64,000 nucleotides of DNA from a virus: positions 32,001 through 96,000 of the IMG/VR virus record IMGVR_UViG_3300035695_000001. One strand, 5' to 3'. Positions within the stretch are counted from its first letter, which is position 1; every line of letters starts with the position of its first letter. A program made the translations under genes and the position numbers. Positions 26,901-36,883 of this stretch are shown piece by piece. Under the pieces are notes generated by a model. The model saw only the letters and a program-made list of their open reading frames with translations, did not search any database and was not told the DNA's origin.

Positions 26901-28117
26901 CAGGTGCTACCAGGGGAAGGACCGAGGATGAGGGCCCCGCTCGGGATGAGGATGCCGGACGTTCTCTGCCCACCGCTCACGTCGAGGTGCAGGGTACGTT
27001 CAAGCATCCAGAAGGTGGCGTCGAGCCCCTCTGGGACGATGGCCAGCCGGCCCTGTGTGTCCACCGACCAGACCGCGCCAGATTTCGTGAGCCAGCCGTC
27101 GACCGTCCACCCCTTGACCTGGTAGGCGTGGACCGCGTGCTTGCCCAACACAAGTTGCGCCGCCGCGGTACACTTGGTCGGGTCTGAACTGTGCTTGTCT
27201 TTGTAGATCAGCGGCTTGGTCGGATGGGTCGCGCTCTTGTAAACGCATAGCGTAGGGAGCACGTCCGAAGCCAGCGTGACCGGGCTCTTGGGCCTGCTGG
27301 CGTTGAACGCGGCACCGCTCGTACCAGGCGGCGGCCCCTGTTGGCCAGCCTGCCCAATGACTGACGCCTGGGAGAACGCCTGCTTGTTGGTGGTCTCGAC
27401 CTCGATGTCGCCGTAGAACAGGTTGAACTCTGAGCCGAGTCCTGGTTGCGTCGACATCCCCAGCGACCACGACCTTCCCTGTGTGTAGTTCGCCGTACCA
27501 AGGATGATCCCGCCGTTGCCGTCGTCGCGCATGACGACGCCGAGCCTGGTCACGATCTTGTTGATGAAGGCGACGCAGTTCTCACCCTCCTTAGCTACCG
27601 CTGCCTTGGTTTTCAGATCGCTCACCACGAACGGCGGAGCGGTCCCTCCGGGCAACGGCTTGCCTGAAAGAGCCTCGGCCCGTGCTCTACCGTCGGTGGT
27701 GATCGGGAAGCCGGGAGGGTAGTACGGCGCCAGCACCTGCCGGACAACGGCTTCGATCGACGTCGCCGACTTACTGCGGATCGTGTAGTCAGGGTTGACG
27801 TTGGCCTCGTGCGCCGTGGTGAGCAGGCTCTCGCACTGGATCTGGAGCGTGCATCCCGTCTTGGCGCTGTACCTCCGCTTCGCGCTGACGACGAGGTAGC
27901 GCCCCTGGCAGGCGCTGTTGACGTAGACACGAACCTCTGCCCCGCGGTCGAGCCTGGTCCTGTAGTCGTTCCACCGCGCGAGAGGCGGAGCGATGTGCAG
28001 GTCCAGATGGCCGAGCGGGTCGGTGAAAGAGTCCTTGAGCGTGGCCTGCGTGAACGTGTCGACGACGAAACCATCAGGGGTCGCGATGCGAAGTTGGGCG
28101 CGTGGCTGGTTCGCCAT
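26900..28117 (-). CDS. baseplate hub (Mu gp44/gpP-like)
   Basis: Position; G..V.VYVN, KEGE....FI..I..RLG......G.G.I, GW......W motifs. Confidence 0.8.
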   Translation of the reverse strand: MANQPRAQLRIATPDGFVVDTFTQATLKDSFTDPLGHLDLHIAPPLARWNDYRTRLDRGAEVRVYVNSACQGRYLVVSAKRRYSAKTGCTLQIQCESLLTTAHEANVNPDYTIRSKSATSIEAVVRQVLAPYYPPGFPITTDGRARAEALSGKPLPGGTAPPFVVSDLKTKAAVAKEGENCVAFINKIVTRLGVVMRDDGNGGIILGTANYTQGRSWSLGMSTQPGLGSEFNLFYGDIEVETTNKQAFSQASVIGQAGQQGPPPGTSGAAFNASRPKSPVTLASDVLPTLCVYKSATHPTKPLIYKDKHSSDPTKCTAAAQLVLGKHAVHAYQVKGWTVDGWLTKSGAVWSVDTQGRLAIVPEGLDATFWMLERTLHLDVSGGQRTSGILIPSGALILGPSPGST

Positions 28118-28120
28118 ACG

Positions 28121-29077
28121 TCAGGCCGCCGTGTAGTAGGTGATGGCCTTGTACTTCGGCACCTGGACGAATGGGATCAACTGCGGGTTGAGCCCGAGGA
28201 TGTCGTCGAAGGTGTTGCCCACCGAGTTTGCAAACGCGGCCAGGGTGGTAGGTGTGTCGATGGTCCTGCTCGCGGTTGGCCGGTTGGCCAGGCCGATCTG
28301 CGTCTGGGCGCCCTGGATGTAGGAGAAGAACGCCCAGACGGCCGACAGCGCCTGGGACGCCTGACAGGCGTCGAGCGACGTCAGGATCTCAGCCATCGCG
28401 ATGACGTCACCGATGAGCGCCAGGATCTGCGCCAGCGTCGTGAATGACAGCGAGAAGACGCCGCCCGAGATGGCCGCCCAGATCGACGAGAGAGAGATGC
28501 TCGCGCCCGTCGGCATCCCGTACATGCCCCACGTTTGCTGGGGCAGCCTCCCAGGCCCAGGGAAGACACCGAACTCGGCGCACGCTGCATCGGCAGCGCT
28601 CGCCAATGTGGCTGGGTTGCCGGCGAGCACGTCGCCGAAGAAGGCGATGGTGCTCGGATCCTCGTTGGTCAACTCCCAGGTGATGGTCACCGTGATGCCG
28701 CTCAGGCTCTCGGTGGTGATGGTCGTCGACCCGTCCGCCACGACGGCGCGAACCGACCCAAGGAGCGGGTGGACGAGATCCCCGGGGTTGCCGTCGAGCA
28801 CCTGGGTCTTGAAGACCTCCCAGTATTCTGGGAACCAGCGCGCGTACCCCAGCGGTGGCGCTTGCGTCTGCGTGTTCAGGAAGCGGCACTCGACCTTGAA
28901 CGGCTTGACGTCCATCCCGGTCCAGTCGTGGCCGGCGATGTCGACATAGGGGTACTCACGCTTCGCCTGACGGTGCGTCCATTCGAGCGGGAAGGCGTGG
29001 TACGGCGGGAGCAAGAGCCCGCGCCAAGACGGCGCGGAGAGCCCTTGGATGATGGTGCTGTCGCCGGTCGCCATCAC
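28121..29077 (-). CDS. DNA-circularisation protein (Mu gp43/gpN-like) with LysM-like C-terminus
   Basis: PSWRG, REYPYVD, GDLVHPLLG; C-terminal TL...A......DI..LNP. Confidence 0.85.
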   Translation of the reverse strand: MMATGDSTIIQGLSAPSWRGLLLPPYHAFPLEWTHRQAKREYPYVDIAGHDWTGMDVKPFKVECRFLNTQTQAPPLGYARWFPEYWEVFKTQVLDGNPGDLVHPLLGSVRAVVADGSTTITTESLSGITVTITWELTNEDPSTIAFFGDVLAGNPATLASAADAACAEFGVFPGPGRLPQQTWGMYGMPTGASISLSSIWAAISGGVFSLSFTTLAQILALIGDVIAMAEILTSLDACQASQALSAVWAFFSYIQGAQTQIGLANRPTASRTIDTPTTLAAFANSVGNTFDDILGLNPQLIPFVQVPKYKAITYYTAA

Positions 29078-31245
29078 TTCCCCGGAGTCGCGCCAGAGAA
29101 GACGCTGCCGCCACTGCCGTGGTTGGCTCGATCGACGATCGTGCCCAGCGTAGCGATGTGACGGCCGATTGCATCGGCTGCGGCGTGTTGCTTGTCGGCT
29201 GCGGCGTGTTGCTTGTCGGCTGCGGCGTGTTGCTTGTCGGCTGTTGGACTCCCAGTAGCCGGCGTAGTACCAGGCGCTGCTGTGGTCGTATGGTCACCTG
29301 ACCCACCGAGCCCGCCACCCTCGTCGTAAGCCGCTAGGGCTTGCTTGTGCTCCTTGAGCTTGGCGTACATCGCCATCAACTCGACTTGGGTCCGGCCCTT
29401 GGATTGCTCGCCTGAGTCAAGGGCAGCCTCCTCCTCGCCGACGTAGAATCTGGAAGCGTCAACGATTCGCTTCTTGAGCAGCCTCCGCTTGACCGAAGTC
29501 TCCTTGGACTCGCCAGGCTTCTCCTCGCCGAGCGCTGCGTACTGCGAGAGCGCCTCCTGACGCTCTTGCGCGTACGTCGCCATGGCGTTTGTATGCTCGC
29601 CGCCGCTGACCAGGTGTAGCGCTTGCAGGAATGCGACGACGCCACGGACGGCCGTACCGAGGAGACCCACGGAGCCAGCGAGCGCCTCCCACAGCCCCTT
29701 GTTTGCTCCGATCTCTTTCATGAACCCGGTCAGCGTTGGGACCATCTCCTTGCCCACCGCCTGGACCAGGCTCTGCCAGGCGGCTTCCATCTGGGCTCCG
29801 CCCGTCGCTTGGACCGTGTTCACGTCCTGGAGCAGGTCCTTGTAGTCGCCCGACGCGGCGGCCAGTTCATCGAACTTGGCCTTGACCGCGGATGCCCCGG
29901 CGGCGGCCTTCTCCTTCTCGGTCCCCTGTGTTGAGGCATACGCCTTATTGAAGGCGTCGAGCATTGGCGTCATCACGGCGCCTGGCTGACCCCTGCCGCC
30001 ACCGCCGAAGATTTTGTCGAGCGCGAGCTTCATCGGGACCGCGTTGGTCTCGTCCCCCTTGACGGTGTTCTGGGCGCGGGCCTTCACGAACATCTCCGCC
30101 ATGATGTCTTGGATCGGACGGATCTTTGCCTGCCCGTGCTCGTCCTTCTCGGTCGAGTAGACGTCGAGTCCTAGACCACCCTTCCCGGTCCCCTTTAGTT
30201 TCGTGGCCTGGCTCGTGAGTTTGGACATGAACATGCCCACAGCCTGGCCTGAACGCTCCGGGTCTCCACCCTCGCCCGCCGCACCGAGGAGCGCGTTCAT
30301 GCCGCGAACGCCGAGCCGCTCGATGTCGTAACCTGCACCCTTTGCACGCCCTGATGCCAACTGGAGTTGTGACGCCGCCTGCTCGAACGAGACGCCGCCA
30401 ACCTTCGCACGAGCAGCAACTGCGGCCAGAGCGTCGCCCATCTCGTTGACGTCCTTGATCTTGAACTCGCGGTGGAGTTTGCCCGCGAGCGCCCCGATCT
30501 CCTCCGTCCCCTTCCCGGTCGCCTGCGACACCTTGGCGATGACGTCGGCGTACTTCCGCGCGTCGGGGAGACTCCCGCTCTTCTCACGGAAAGCCCCTAC
30601 GCCGGCTGCCACGTCCTCGGCCTTCATGCCAGGGTTGGCGATGGCGGTCTCCTCGAACTCCCGACGGAGCGCGGAGACGTTGGTCAACTTTTCTCCTGGA
30701 CGGCGCGCGTCGATGGCAATGCGACGGGCGATCCCCTGGAGTTTCATCGACTCGCGGACGGCTCCGCTGATGCCGTCGATGACCTTGCCGCTGAGTCCAG
30801 AGAGGCTGGTCATCCAGCCGGCGCCGAGGTCGCTGATGAGCCGCTTCCCGATCCCTCCTAGGAGGTTCGGCACGACCATGGCAATGCGACGGGCCGAAGC
30901 CACCGCGGCGTCTTCGACCTTCTTGATCGATGCTTCCTGAGCCGCGGCGGCCTTCTTCGCCTCGTCCTCCCGGATCTTCGCGACCGCCTTGGCATCTGCC
31001 ATGGCTTTCTTCGCAGCATCAGAAGACGCCTTGGCCGTAGCGCGCTCCTGTGCCGCCATCTCGGCCGTGACGTTGCGCGAGACGCCTAGCCTGGCGTTCA
31101 TCGCCTTGCGCCACTCGGCGTCGGCACGTTCCTGTGCAGCCTGCTGAGCGGCTTGCGCTCGCACGCCGTCCTCGCCCAGCGTGGCGATGGCCTTCTTCAG
31201 TTCGGCGTCGCCGATCTTGCTGAACTGCCAGACGACTTCGGGCAT
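29074..31245 (-). CDS. tape measure protein
   Basis: 723-aa Ala/Gly-rich helical protein after the chaperones. Confidence 0.85.
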   Translation of the reverse strand: MPEVVWQFSKIGDAELKKAIATLGEDGVRAQAAQQAAQERADAEWRKAMNARLGVSRNVTAEMAAQERATAKASSDAAKKAMADAKAVAKIREDEAKKAAAAQEASIKKVEDAAVASARRIAMVVPNLLGGIGKRLISDLGAGWMTSLSGLSGKVIDGISGAVRESMKLQGIARRIAIDARRPGEKLTNVSALRREFEETAIANPGMKAEDVAAGVGAFREKSGSLPDARKYADVIAKVSQATGKGTEEIGALAGKLHREFKIKDVNEMGDALAAVAARAKVGGVSFEQAASQLQLASGRAKGAGYDIERLGVRGMNALLGAAGEGGDPERSGQAVGMFMSKLTSQATKLKGTGKGGLGLDVYSTEKDEHGQAKIRPIQDIMAEMFVKARAQNTVKGDETNAVPMKLALDKIFGGGGRGQPGAVMTPMLDAFNKAYASTQGTEKEKAAAGASAVKAKFDELAAASGDYKDLLQDVNTVQATGGAQMEAAWQSLVQAVGKEMVPTLTGFMKEIGANKGLWEALAGSVGLLGTAVRGVVAFLQALHLVSGGEHTNAMATYAQERQEALSQYAALGEEKPGESKETSVKRRLLKKRIVDASRFYVGEEEAALDSGEQSKGRTQVELMAMYAKLKEHKQALAAYDEGGGLGGSGDHTTTAAPGTTPATGSPTADKQHAAADKQHAAADKQHAAADAIGRHIATLGTIVDRANHGSGGSVFSGATPGK
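29174..29243. repeat. 21-bp tandem repeat x3.3 (ADKQHAA) in tape-measure C-terminus
   Basis: TCGGCTGCGGCGTGTTGCTTG in three exact copies plus a partial. Confidence 0.95.
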
Positions 31246-31249
31246 GGCG

Positions 31250-31639
31250 CTACGACCCCACCTGGTTCAAGGCGTCGTCCAGACGCTGCTCGGCGAGCGC
31301 GGCGACCTCCGCCGTACGGGAGAAGCCCTTCTTCTCCACGAAACTGGCGTGCTCGGCGTGCGCTCCCCAGGTCACCGTCACCGAGTCCGCGTCGATGACG
31401 GGAACTTCGGCGTAGGTGCTGGCGTCCAGCGCGCCGGTCTTGCTCTTGTACGCGGCGCTCGCCAGCGCCTCGGCCGTGGCTTCGTCCAGCGTGGTCTTCA
31501 TGACCTCGGCGACGCCTTCCAGAGCCTTGATCTGTTCTGCGGAAGCGCCAGGCATCTCAGCGGCTTCGTCCACCTCGCGCAACGCTGCCGCGACAGCGTC
31601 TGCACCAGTGGCAGTGAAGTCCCAGAGGAGGGCTGGCAT
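31250..31639 (-). CDS. HK97 gp10-like tail-completion protein
   Basis: KTGALDAS...V....AEHASFVE.KG pattern. Confidence 0.55.
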   Translation of the reverse strand: MPALLWDFTATGADAVAAALREVDEAAEMPGASAEQIKALEGVAEVMKTTLDEATAEALASAAYKSKTGALDASTYAEVPVIDADSVTVTWGAHAEHASFVEKKGFSRTAEVAALAEQRLDDALNQVGS

Positions 31640-31642
31640 TGC

Positions 31643-32377
31643 TTACTCCGCGGCGGGCTCCGGCCTGGCAGCCAGCGCCGCTTCCAGTTCTGCGATCCGC
31701 ACTCGCGCAGCAGCCAGCGCAGACTCCGCTGCCTCTCGGTCGGCAACGAACGCCGGGAGCGCTGCCTGTGCGTCCACGACCTCCTGCCTGGCGCTTGTGA
31801 GTTTTGCGGCCATGAGCGACGCGATGAGGATCGTCTCGCTCATGCTCCTTGGAGCGAACAGGATCTTGGGGATGTCGGTCCCGATGTTGCTGGCCAGGGC
31901 CGGCGCCATCTTCTCGACGATCTCGTCGGCGCTCTCCACCGTGAGGGCCGGAGCGAGCGCCATCTCCTCCTTCGTCAGCCGGTACATGTTGTGGAGCGCC
32001 AGCCAGTTGTCGTCCGTCAGGCGCGACCGCATCGCGTCCGGGTTTTGGAACACCTGGCCACCCGGGGTACCGTCCGGCTTGACGTACCGCACGGCCAGAC
32101 AGAGCGCTTCCAACGTCTCGGCCGAAACGCGGAGCCTGTCGTCGGCGCGTACGATCTCGGCGGCCTCCGCGTGCTTGGCCTTCTTGGAGAGGGCGACACG
32201 GCGGTCCGCCGCGAACACCAGTACGTCGTCGTCCTCTGCCGGGTTGAGCAGGACGATGGCCACGTTGAGCACCTGGTGCCCAGGCGCCCTGTAGAAGCCG
32301 TCGATGGGCCAGACCTTGAACTTGCGCGGCTGCTCGTCGATCAGTCTGAGGATGTCGATGGTCTGCTCTTGGCTCAT
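31643..32377 (-). CDS. tail assembly chaperone
   Basis: Position between tube and tape measure; F.N...M...L..D....L...Y. Confidence 0.6.
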   Translation of the reverse strand: MSQEQTIDILRLIDEQPRKFKVWPIDGFYRAPGHQVLNVAIVLLNPAEDDDVLVFAADRRVALSKKAKHAEAAEIVRADDRLRVSAETLEALCLAVRYVKPDGTPGGQVFQNPDAMRSRLTDDNWLALHNMYRLTKEEMALAPALTVESADEIVEKMAPALASNIGTDIPKILFAPRSMSETILIASLMAAKLTSARQEVVDAQAALPAFVADREAAESALAAARVRIAELEAALAARPEPAAE

Positions 32378-32988
32378 GACGTCGATCCTGTCGCAGCCCT
32401 GGCCGCGGCGAAAGCCATTCGATGCCCGTCAAGCAGGTGGCCCACTGGAATCCCCCAGTAGCGCTCTGGGCGCGGGATCCAGATCGGCCCCTTCGCAGCA
32501 AGGTGCAGGTCCATGCACTCGGCCAGAGCCCGCGCCCTGGCGATGTTCGTCTCGTCCGCGGCGCCTTCCTTCAGGCGCTCGTGCCAGGCTCTGACGTCGC
32601 TCGTTCGGTACGTCGGGCAGATGGCACCGAGGACCGTAAGGGCGGCCTCTGACAGCCCCTCCCACACCTCGGCGGGGAGCCGTCCGACGACTTCTTGTGA
32701 GGGGAAGATGGGGGCGGTGCCAGCCCAGACAGTGGTAGCGATGATCGTCCGCATTGCGCGGCGACCCTCCACGGCTGGCACCTCCGGGCACTCGGCAAGG
32801 TCCCAGGCTGAAGCCAGGACCAGCGAGGGGACCGCCCAGACCGTCATGGCCAAGGTGGGAGCGAAGGGAAGCCGGTAGGCCAGTCGCTTCGATGGGCGCG
32901 GGTCCAGCGTCCCGTCCGAACGCGGCGTCCCGAGCAGGCTGCGCCAGAGCCTGTCGGGCGCGATGTCAGTCGGCGGCGAGACGCCCAT
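32374..32988 (-). CDS. putative tail chaperone paralogue
   Basis: Position; PIFPS.E....L....W..L resembles the 31643 gene. Confidence 0.5.
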   Translation of the reverse strand: MGVSPPTDIAPDRLWRSLLGTPRSDGTLDPRPSKRLAYRLPFAPTLAMTVWAVPSLVLASAWDLAECPEVPAVEGRRAMRTIIATTVWAGTAPIFPSQEVVGRLPAEVWEGLSEAALTVLGAICPTYRTSDVRAWHERLKEGAADETNIARARALAECMDLHLAAKGPIWIPRPERYWGIPVGHLLDGHRMAFAAARAATGSTS

Positions 32989-32991
32989 GGG

Positions 32992-33393
32992 TCACTGGAA
33001 CAGAGCCGGGTCGCCCTCGAAGTCCGCGGAGAACTCCGTGATCGCCCCGTCCGCCGTCGTGACCTTCGGACCCGTGGTGATGTGGCACTGCCCCGAAGCC
33101 GCGGCCCCGTCGCTGTACCGCTGGATCTGGTAGTCGAGGATCTCGGAATTGGCGAACGCCAGTTCCAGGTCGAGCCCGTTGGCCAGAAACTGGAAGTCCA
33201 TGTGGTCGACGATGTTGAACTTCCTGGTGGTCGATCCAGCCGTCGTCCCCATGTAGTTGCGGAGCGGGGAGCGCAGCGTCTCGCGCTTCCCGTCCAGTGA
33301 CGTGTCGAACTTGACGTTGTTGGCGCGGATCCCTCCGCCACCCTGGGCAAGGGACCAGATGGACACGAAGTACAGTTCACCCAAACCTGCCAT
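32992..33393 (-). CDS. tail tube protein
   Basis: 133-aa beta-rich protein directly after sheath, GGAG RBS, ends FEG. Confidence 0.8.
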   Translation of the reverse strand: MAGLGELYFVSIWSLAQGGGGIRANNVKFDTSLDGKRETLRSPLRNYMGTTAGSTTRKFNIVDHMDFQFLANGLDLELAFANSEILDYQIQRYSDGAAASGQCHITTGPKVTTADGAITEFSADFEGDPALFQ

Positions 33394-33424
33394 GGTTCAC
33401 TCCTGTGCGTGCGCCTTGGCGCGT

Positions 33425-35665
33425 TCAGCTCGGGTCGCTGGTCTCGTTGATCAGCGTCTGCTGCCAGTTGTTGTGGCGCGCGACCCTGAGCGCGACGCCG
33501 AGGCTCCACCCGCCCTGCTGAAGAATCGTGGTGTCGGTGGCCGCCTTCATGTCCTTCAGGTAGGTCGGGTCGAGCAGTGGCTTCCCGTTCTGGTACTGAC
33601 CGCACATCTGCGTGATGAGCAGGTTCGCGGCCGAGTCCACCATGAACGGGTAGACCTGCCCAGGGATGGGCTTCACGCCAGAGGCGGGGTTCGCCTGGAT
33701 GTTGCCCTTGTTGAGGCCACGCGCCTTGCAGATGGCCGCGAAGGCAGCCCACCACTCGATCATCACCGAGCCGATGTGGCCCTCCCTCGCCCGGTAGTCC
33801 TCCGTGGTCGTAGGGCTCCCCGGGGGCAGCCAGGAGTAGCTGGCGATGTCCCGGCGGATGAAGGCCGCGCCGGACCCGTCGTAGGTCACGTCACAGCACC
33901 CCCCGTTGAGCAGGGTGACCTCGTCGGTCTGGGACCAGACGTTGGACAGGAGGTACGGCGTCGGGAAGGGGCAGACAGTGCCGAGGTTGGAGTCCGTGGT
34001 GTAGCCGGTCAGGTTCACCGCGGCGTAGACACTCTGCTCCTTGCTCAGGATCCCGGTGTACGCCGCGGCGCGCATGCTCGGGGGCCAGTCATTGGCGGTG
34101 GCCGGGATGACCTTGAAGAAGGTGCTGTTGACCACGCTGGCCTGGGCGACCGATGCGGACTGCGTCGAGGTGCCGTCGACCCCGCAGATCCCGAACTGGC
34201 TCTTGCCGACGGTGGGGGTGAGGCTCTGCGAGATGTAGGCGCTGTACTGGCCGACACCACCGTCGCTCGCGTTGCCACCGCTCGTCGCCGTGCAGGCAAT
34301 GGCGTGGTAGGTGAACTCCCTCGCCGAGACTGCGGTGATCGCGTTCGCGCAGGAGTCCGCACCCGCCCCGTTGACGGTCGAACCGGCCGAGATCGTGGTG
34401 GCGTTGGTCGGGTTGTCGTAGCTGAGCCGGACCTGGTCGAGCCAGTAGTTGGAGCGCGCCCCCAGTTGGTAGGTAGTGAGGGTGATCGTCGAGGCGCCGC
34501 CCGACGCCGCCCCGTTGTGCTCGGAGGTGTCCCAGCCGGCCACCTTGGCGACGACCGACCCGGAGGTGAACTGGACCCCCTTGGCCGTCGCGCCTGCCGT
34601 GTTGGTCGCCCACGTCACGCTGTTGTTGGCGTTCGCGGTGCCCGTCGAGCCGGCCGTGCCGCCGGTGAAGGTGCTCGTCAGGAGGCCAGCCATCTGCGAC
34701 GCCGTCACCTGAGCGACGTTGGGCACGTTCCCGGTGCCGTTCGTCAGCGCTCCGACCGAGAGGCCGAGCGACGTCAGCACGTCCGCGGAGCCGGCCACGA
34801 CCGCGCCCACCGCGGCGCTCCCGAGCTGGTTGCTGGTGAGTTGCGTCTGCCCTCCGTTGTTGAGGGCCACGCCGCCCGTGAGCCCGCCAGGGAGGGCGCT
34901 GTTGATCTTGGCGTGGAAGGCCGCCTGCGTTGCCTCCGACCCGGAGAACGTGACCACCGTCTGCGTCCCCATGAACGACAGGGTCAGCGTGTGGCTGGCG
35001 GTGACCGCTGCGTACGTCGCGCCTGAGCCGGTGACCGTCGCCGCCGCGGCCGAGATGGTGAGGGTCTGCGCGCCTGCCTCGTCCACCTTGCCGACCAGGG
35101 TGTCCCCGTTGACCAGGGCCACGGGGAAGGCGTTGGCGCTGCTGGTCTCGGAGCCGTTGGTGGCCGCGCTCCCGCTCATCGCCGAGAAGGGGAGGTCCGG
35201 GTCGGCGTTGATGGTGTCGACGAGGTTGGAGACCTGGGTGCTCGGCGAGTCGCCCGCTGCGACCGTGATGCCCATCCTGGACTTGCCGGGGACGTTGACG
35301 GCGCAGGAGTCGATGTAGAGGTCGCAGCCGACACTGGCGTTCGTCGCGAGGGTCCAGGTGCGCGTGCTCGCAGTCGCGCCGCCCGCCTGCGCCATCGCCA
35401 CGATCGTCACGAGGACGTTGGGGTCGATGATGCGCAGCGCGCGGTGCATCCACGCGGCCTCGGACCTGGAGCCGTAGCGGGTGTTGCAGTCGGCCTGGGA
35501 CTTGACCGGCGAGCCCAGCGTCTCGACGCTCTCCGTCCCGGCGGCGAGCATGTTGGCGATGATGACGACGTTGCGGGAGGTCCCGTTCGCCGTGCTCCCG
35601 CCCTGCGCGGGCTTGAAGTCACGTTCGGAACTTGGAATGGGCCACGAGGCCGGGGGGAAGCTCAT
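33425..35665 (-). CDS. tail sheath protein (Mu gpL-like) with inserted domains
   Basis: V.IIANM..AGT, YG.RSE...M, LL..G...V.YD.SG...I.R.I; large contractile-tail gene. Confidence 0.9.
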   Translation of the reverse strand: MSFPPASWPIPSSERDFKPAQGGSTANGTSRNVVIIANMLAAGTESVETLGSPVKSQADCNTRYGSRSEAAWMHRALRIIDPNVLVTIVAMAQAGGATASTRTWTLATNASVGCDLYIDSCAVNVPGKSRMGITVAAGDSPSTQVSNLVDTINADPDLPFSAMSGSAATNGSETSSANAFPVALVNGDTLVGKVDEAGAQTLTISAAAATVTGSGATYAAVTASHTLTLSFMGTQTVVTFSGSEATQAAFHAKINSALPGGLTGGVALNNGGQTQLTSNQLGSAAVGAVVAGSADVLTSLGLSVGALTNGTGNVPNVAQVTASQMAGLLTSTFTGGTAGSTGTANANNSVTWATNTAGATAKGVQFTSGSVVAKVAGWDTSEHNGAASGGASTITLTTYQLGARSNYWLDQVRLSYDNPTNATTISAGSTVNGAGADSCANAITAVSAREFTYHAIACTATSGGNASDGGVGQYSAYISQSLTPTVGKSQFGICGVDGTSTQSASVAQASVVNSTFFKVIPATANDWPPSMRAAAYTGILSKEQSVYAAVNLTGYTTDSNLGTVCPFPTPYLLSNVWSQTDEVTLLNGGCCDVTYDGSGAAFIRRDIASYSWLPPGSPTTTEDYRAREGHIGSVMIEWWAAFAAICKARGLNKGNIQANPASGVKPIPGQVYPFMVDSAANLLITQMCGQYQNGKPLLDPTYLKDMKAATDTTILQQGGWSLGVALRVARHNNWQQTLINETSDPS

Positions 35666-35666
35666 C

Positions 35667-36308
35667 TCAGCTCTCCTCGGCAGCGTGCGCCGCCGGCTGT
35701 GGGTTGGTCGCCCGAGACTTGACCCACTTCGTGAGCCCGTGGACGAGGCTGCTGTGCGGGTCGACCCCGGCGGGCGCCGACTTGTCGAAGAAGACGGGGT
35801 GGCCGTTCTCGTTCGGGTGCTCGATGACCAGTCCCTCCTCACGGAGGGTGGCCAGCGCTTCGCCGAGGGCCTGTCCGCTGAGCCCGAGGCCGGTCAGGGT
35901 GTGCGTGACCTGTGCGGGGACATTGGCGGCGCGCCAGGCGACGTACTGTGCCTCCGCTCTGGCAGCGTCCTGCGCCTGCTTCGCCTCCGCCTGCGCCTTG
36001 AATGCAGCCTCGGCGCTCTCCTGGTCCGGGGCGTCGACCTCGGCGAGGATCGCCAGCGTCTTGCCCGCCTCCTTGCGGAGGTTGGCGTGGTCGGCGATGA
36101 CCTGCTCACGCGGGATGAAGCCGGCCGCCTTGTGGGGGTGCGTCGGGGTCGAGTGCCGACCCATCACCGGCTCGGGGCGGGGAGGAGCAGCCTTGACGCC
36201 GACGGGTCGGACCCGCGGCGGGTTGGACGTGGCCAGGTGTGGGTCGAGCACGAGGTGGACGTGGCCCGAACCCTCCTGCGGGAGGGCGGTGACGAGCAGG
36301 AAGCGCAT
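35667..36308 (-). CDS. hypothetical protein upstream of sheath
   Basis: GAGAGG RBS before MRFLLV. Confidence 0.7.
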   Translation of the reverse strand: MRFLLVTALPQEGSGHVHLVLDPHLATSNPPRVRPVGVKAAPPRPEPVMGRHSTPTHPHKAAGFIPREQVIADHANLRKEAGKTLAILAEVDAPDQESAEAAFKAQAEAKQAQDAARAEAQYVAWRAANVPAQVTHTLTGLGLSGQALGEALATLREEGLVIEHPNENGHPVFFDKSAPAGVDPHSSLVHGLTKWVKSRATNPQPAAHAAEES

Positions 36309-36322
36309 GAAGGGCCTCTCGG

Positions 36323-36883
36323 TCAGATGAGTTGGGCGTCTCGACGGAGCAGCCACTGCGCGCCGTCGAACCAGAAGAGCCAGTTGGCGGGGAAGATGAT
36401 CGACGACAGCACGCCGCCGTTCGTGCCGCCATTCACGAATGTGACGGTGTTCCCGCTGGCGTCGGACCGAGTGACCTCGATCTTCGACCCGCGTGGGATC
36501 AGCGTCGCGCCGTCGAGGTAGAAGGGTGACAGCGTGACCGTCAGCGCGCCGGTCAGTCCCGCAGGGATGACCCGCCACGGGCCGCCATAGACGCCGATGG
36601 TGAGCGCTCCGCTGGCCTGGGTGATGTCGGGGCCGCGGTCGTCCTCCGGTTGGAGGATCCATGCCCCGCTCACCGTTGGGTTGGTCGGGATGATGACGCT
36701 CCAGCCATCGTCGTACTGGCTCGGCGGAGACCCCTGTGCGAGCGGAGAGCCTGGCACGAAGGCGAAGAGGCCCGACGGCTTGCCCCCGAGCACGTAGGCG
36801 TAGTGCGTGACGGTGAACGGGTTCGTGGCCCGCAGTTCCGCCAGGTTCTGGTAGATGCCTGCTGCCAGCCTCGGCGAGCCCAT
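36323..36883 (-). CDS. fibre/tailspike N-terminal-domain-like protein
   Basis: LAELRA...YVLG...G.F.....DDG..VIIP...GAW resembles tailspike attachment domains. Confidence 0.5.
   Translation of the reverse strand: MGSPRLAAGIYQNLAELRATNPFTVTHYAYVLGGKPSGLFAFVPGSPLAQGSPPSQYDDGWSVIIPTNPTVSGAWILQPEDDRGPDITQASGALTIGVYGGPWRVIPAGLTGALTVTLSPFYLDGATLIPRGSKIEVTRSDASGNTVTFVNGGTNGGVLSSIIFPANWLFWFDGAQWLLRRDAQLI

Noticed and set aside
29174-29243. Possible CRISPR array
   Set aside because: Contiguous tandem repeats with no spacers, in frame within a CDS; no cas genes
33257-35026. 589-aa plus-strand ORF (likewise 55213-57192, 47173-48642, 41807-43432)
   Set aside because: Antisense to sheath, terL, portal and MCP; no motifs
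24152-35665. Stand-alone contractile injection system or tailocin
   Set aside because: Linked capsid, portal, scaffold and terminase show it is a phage tail
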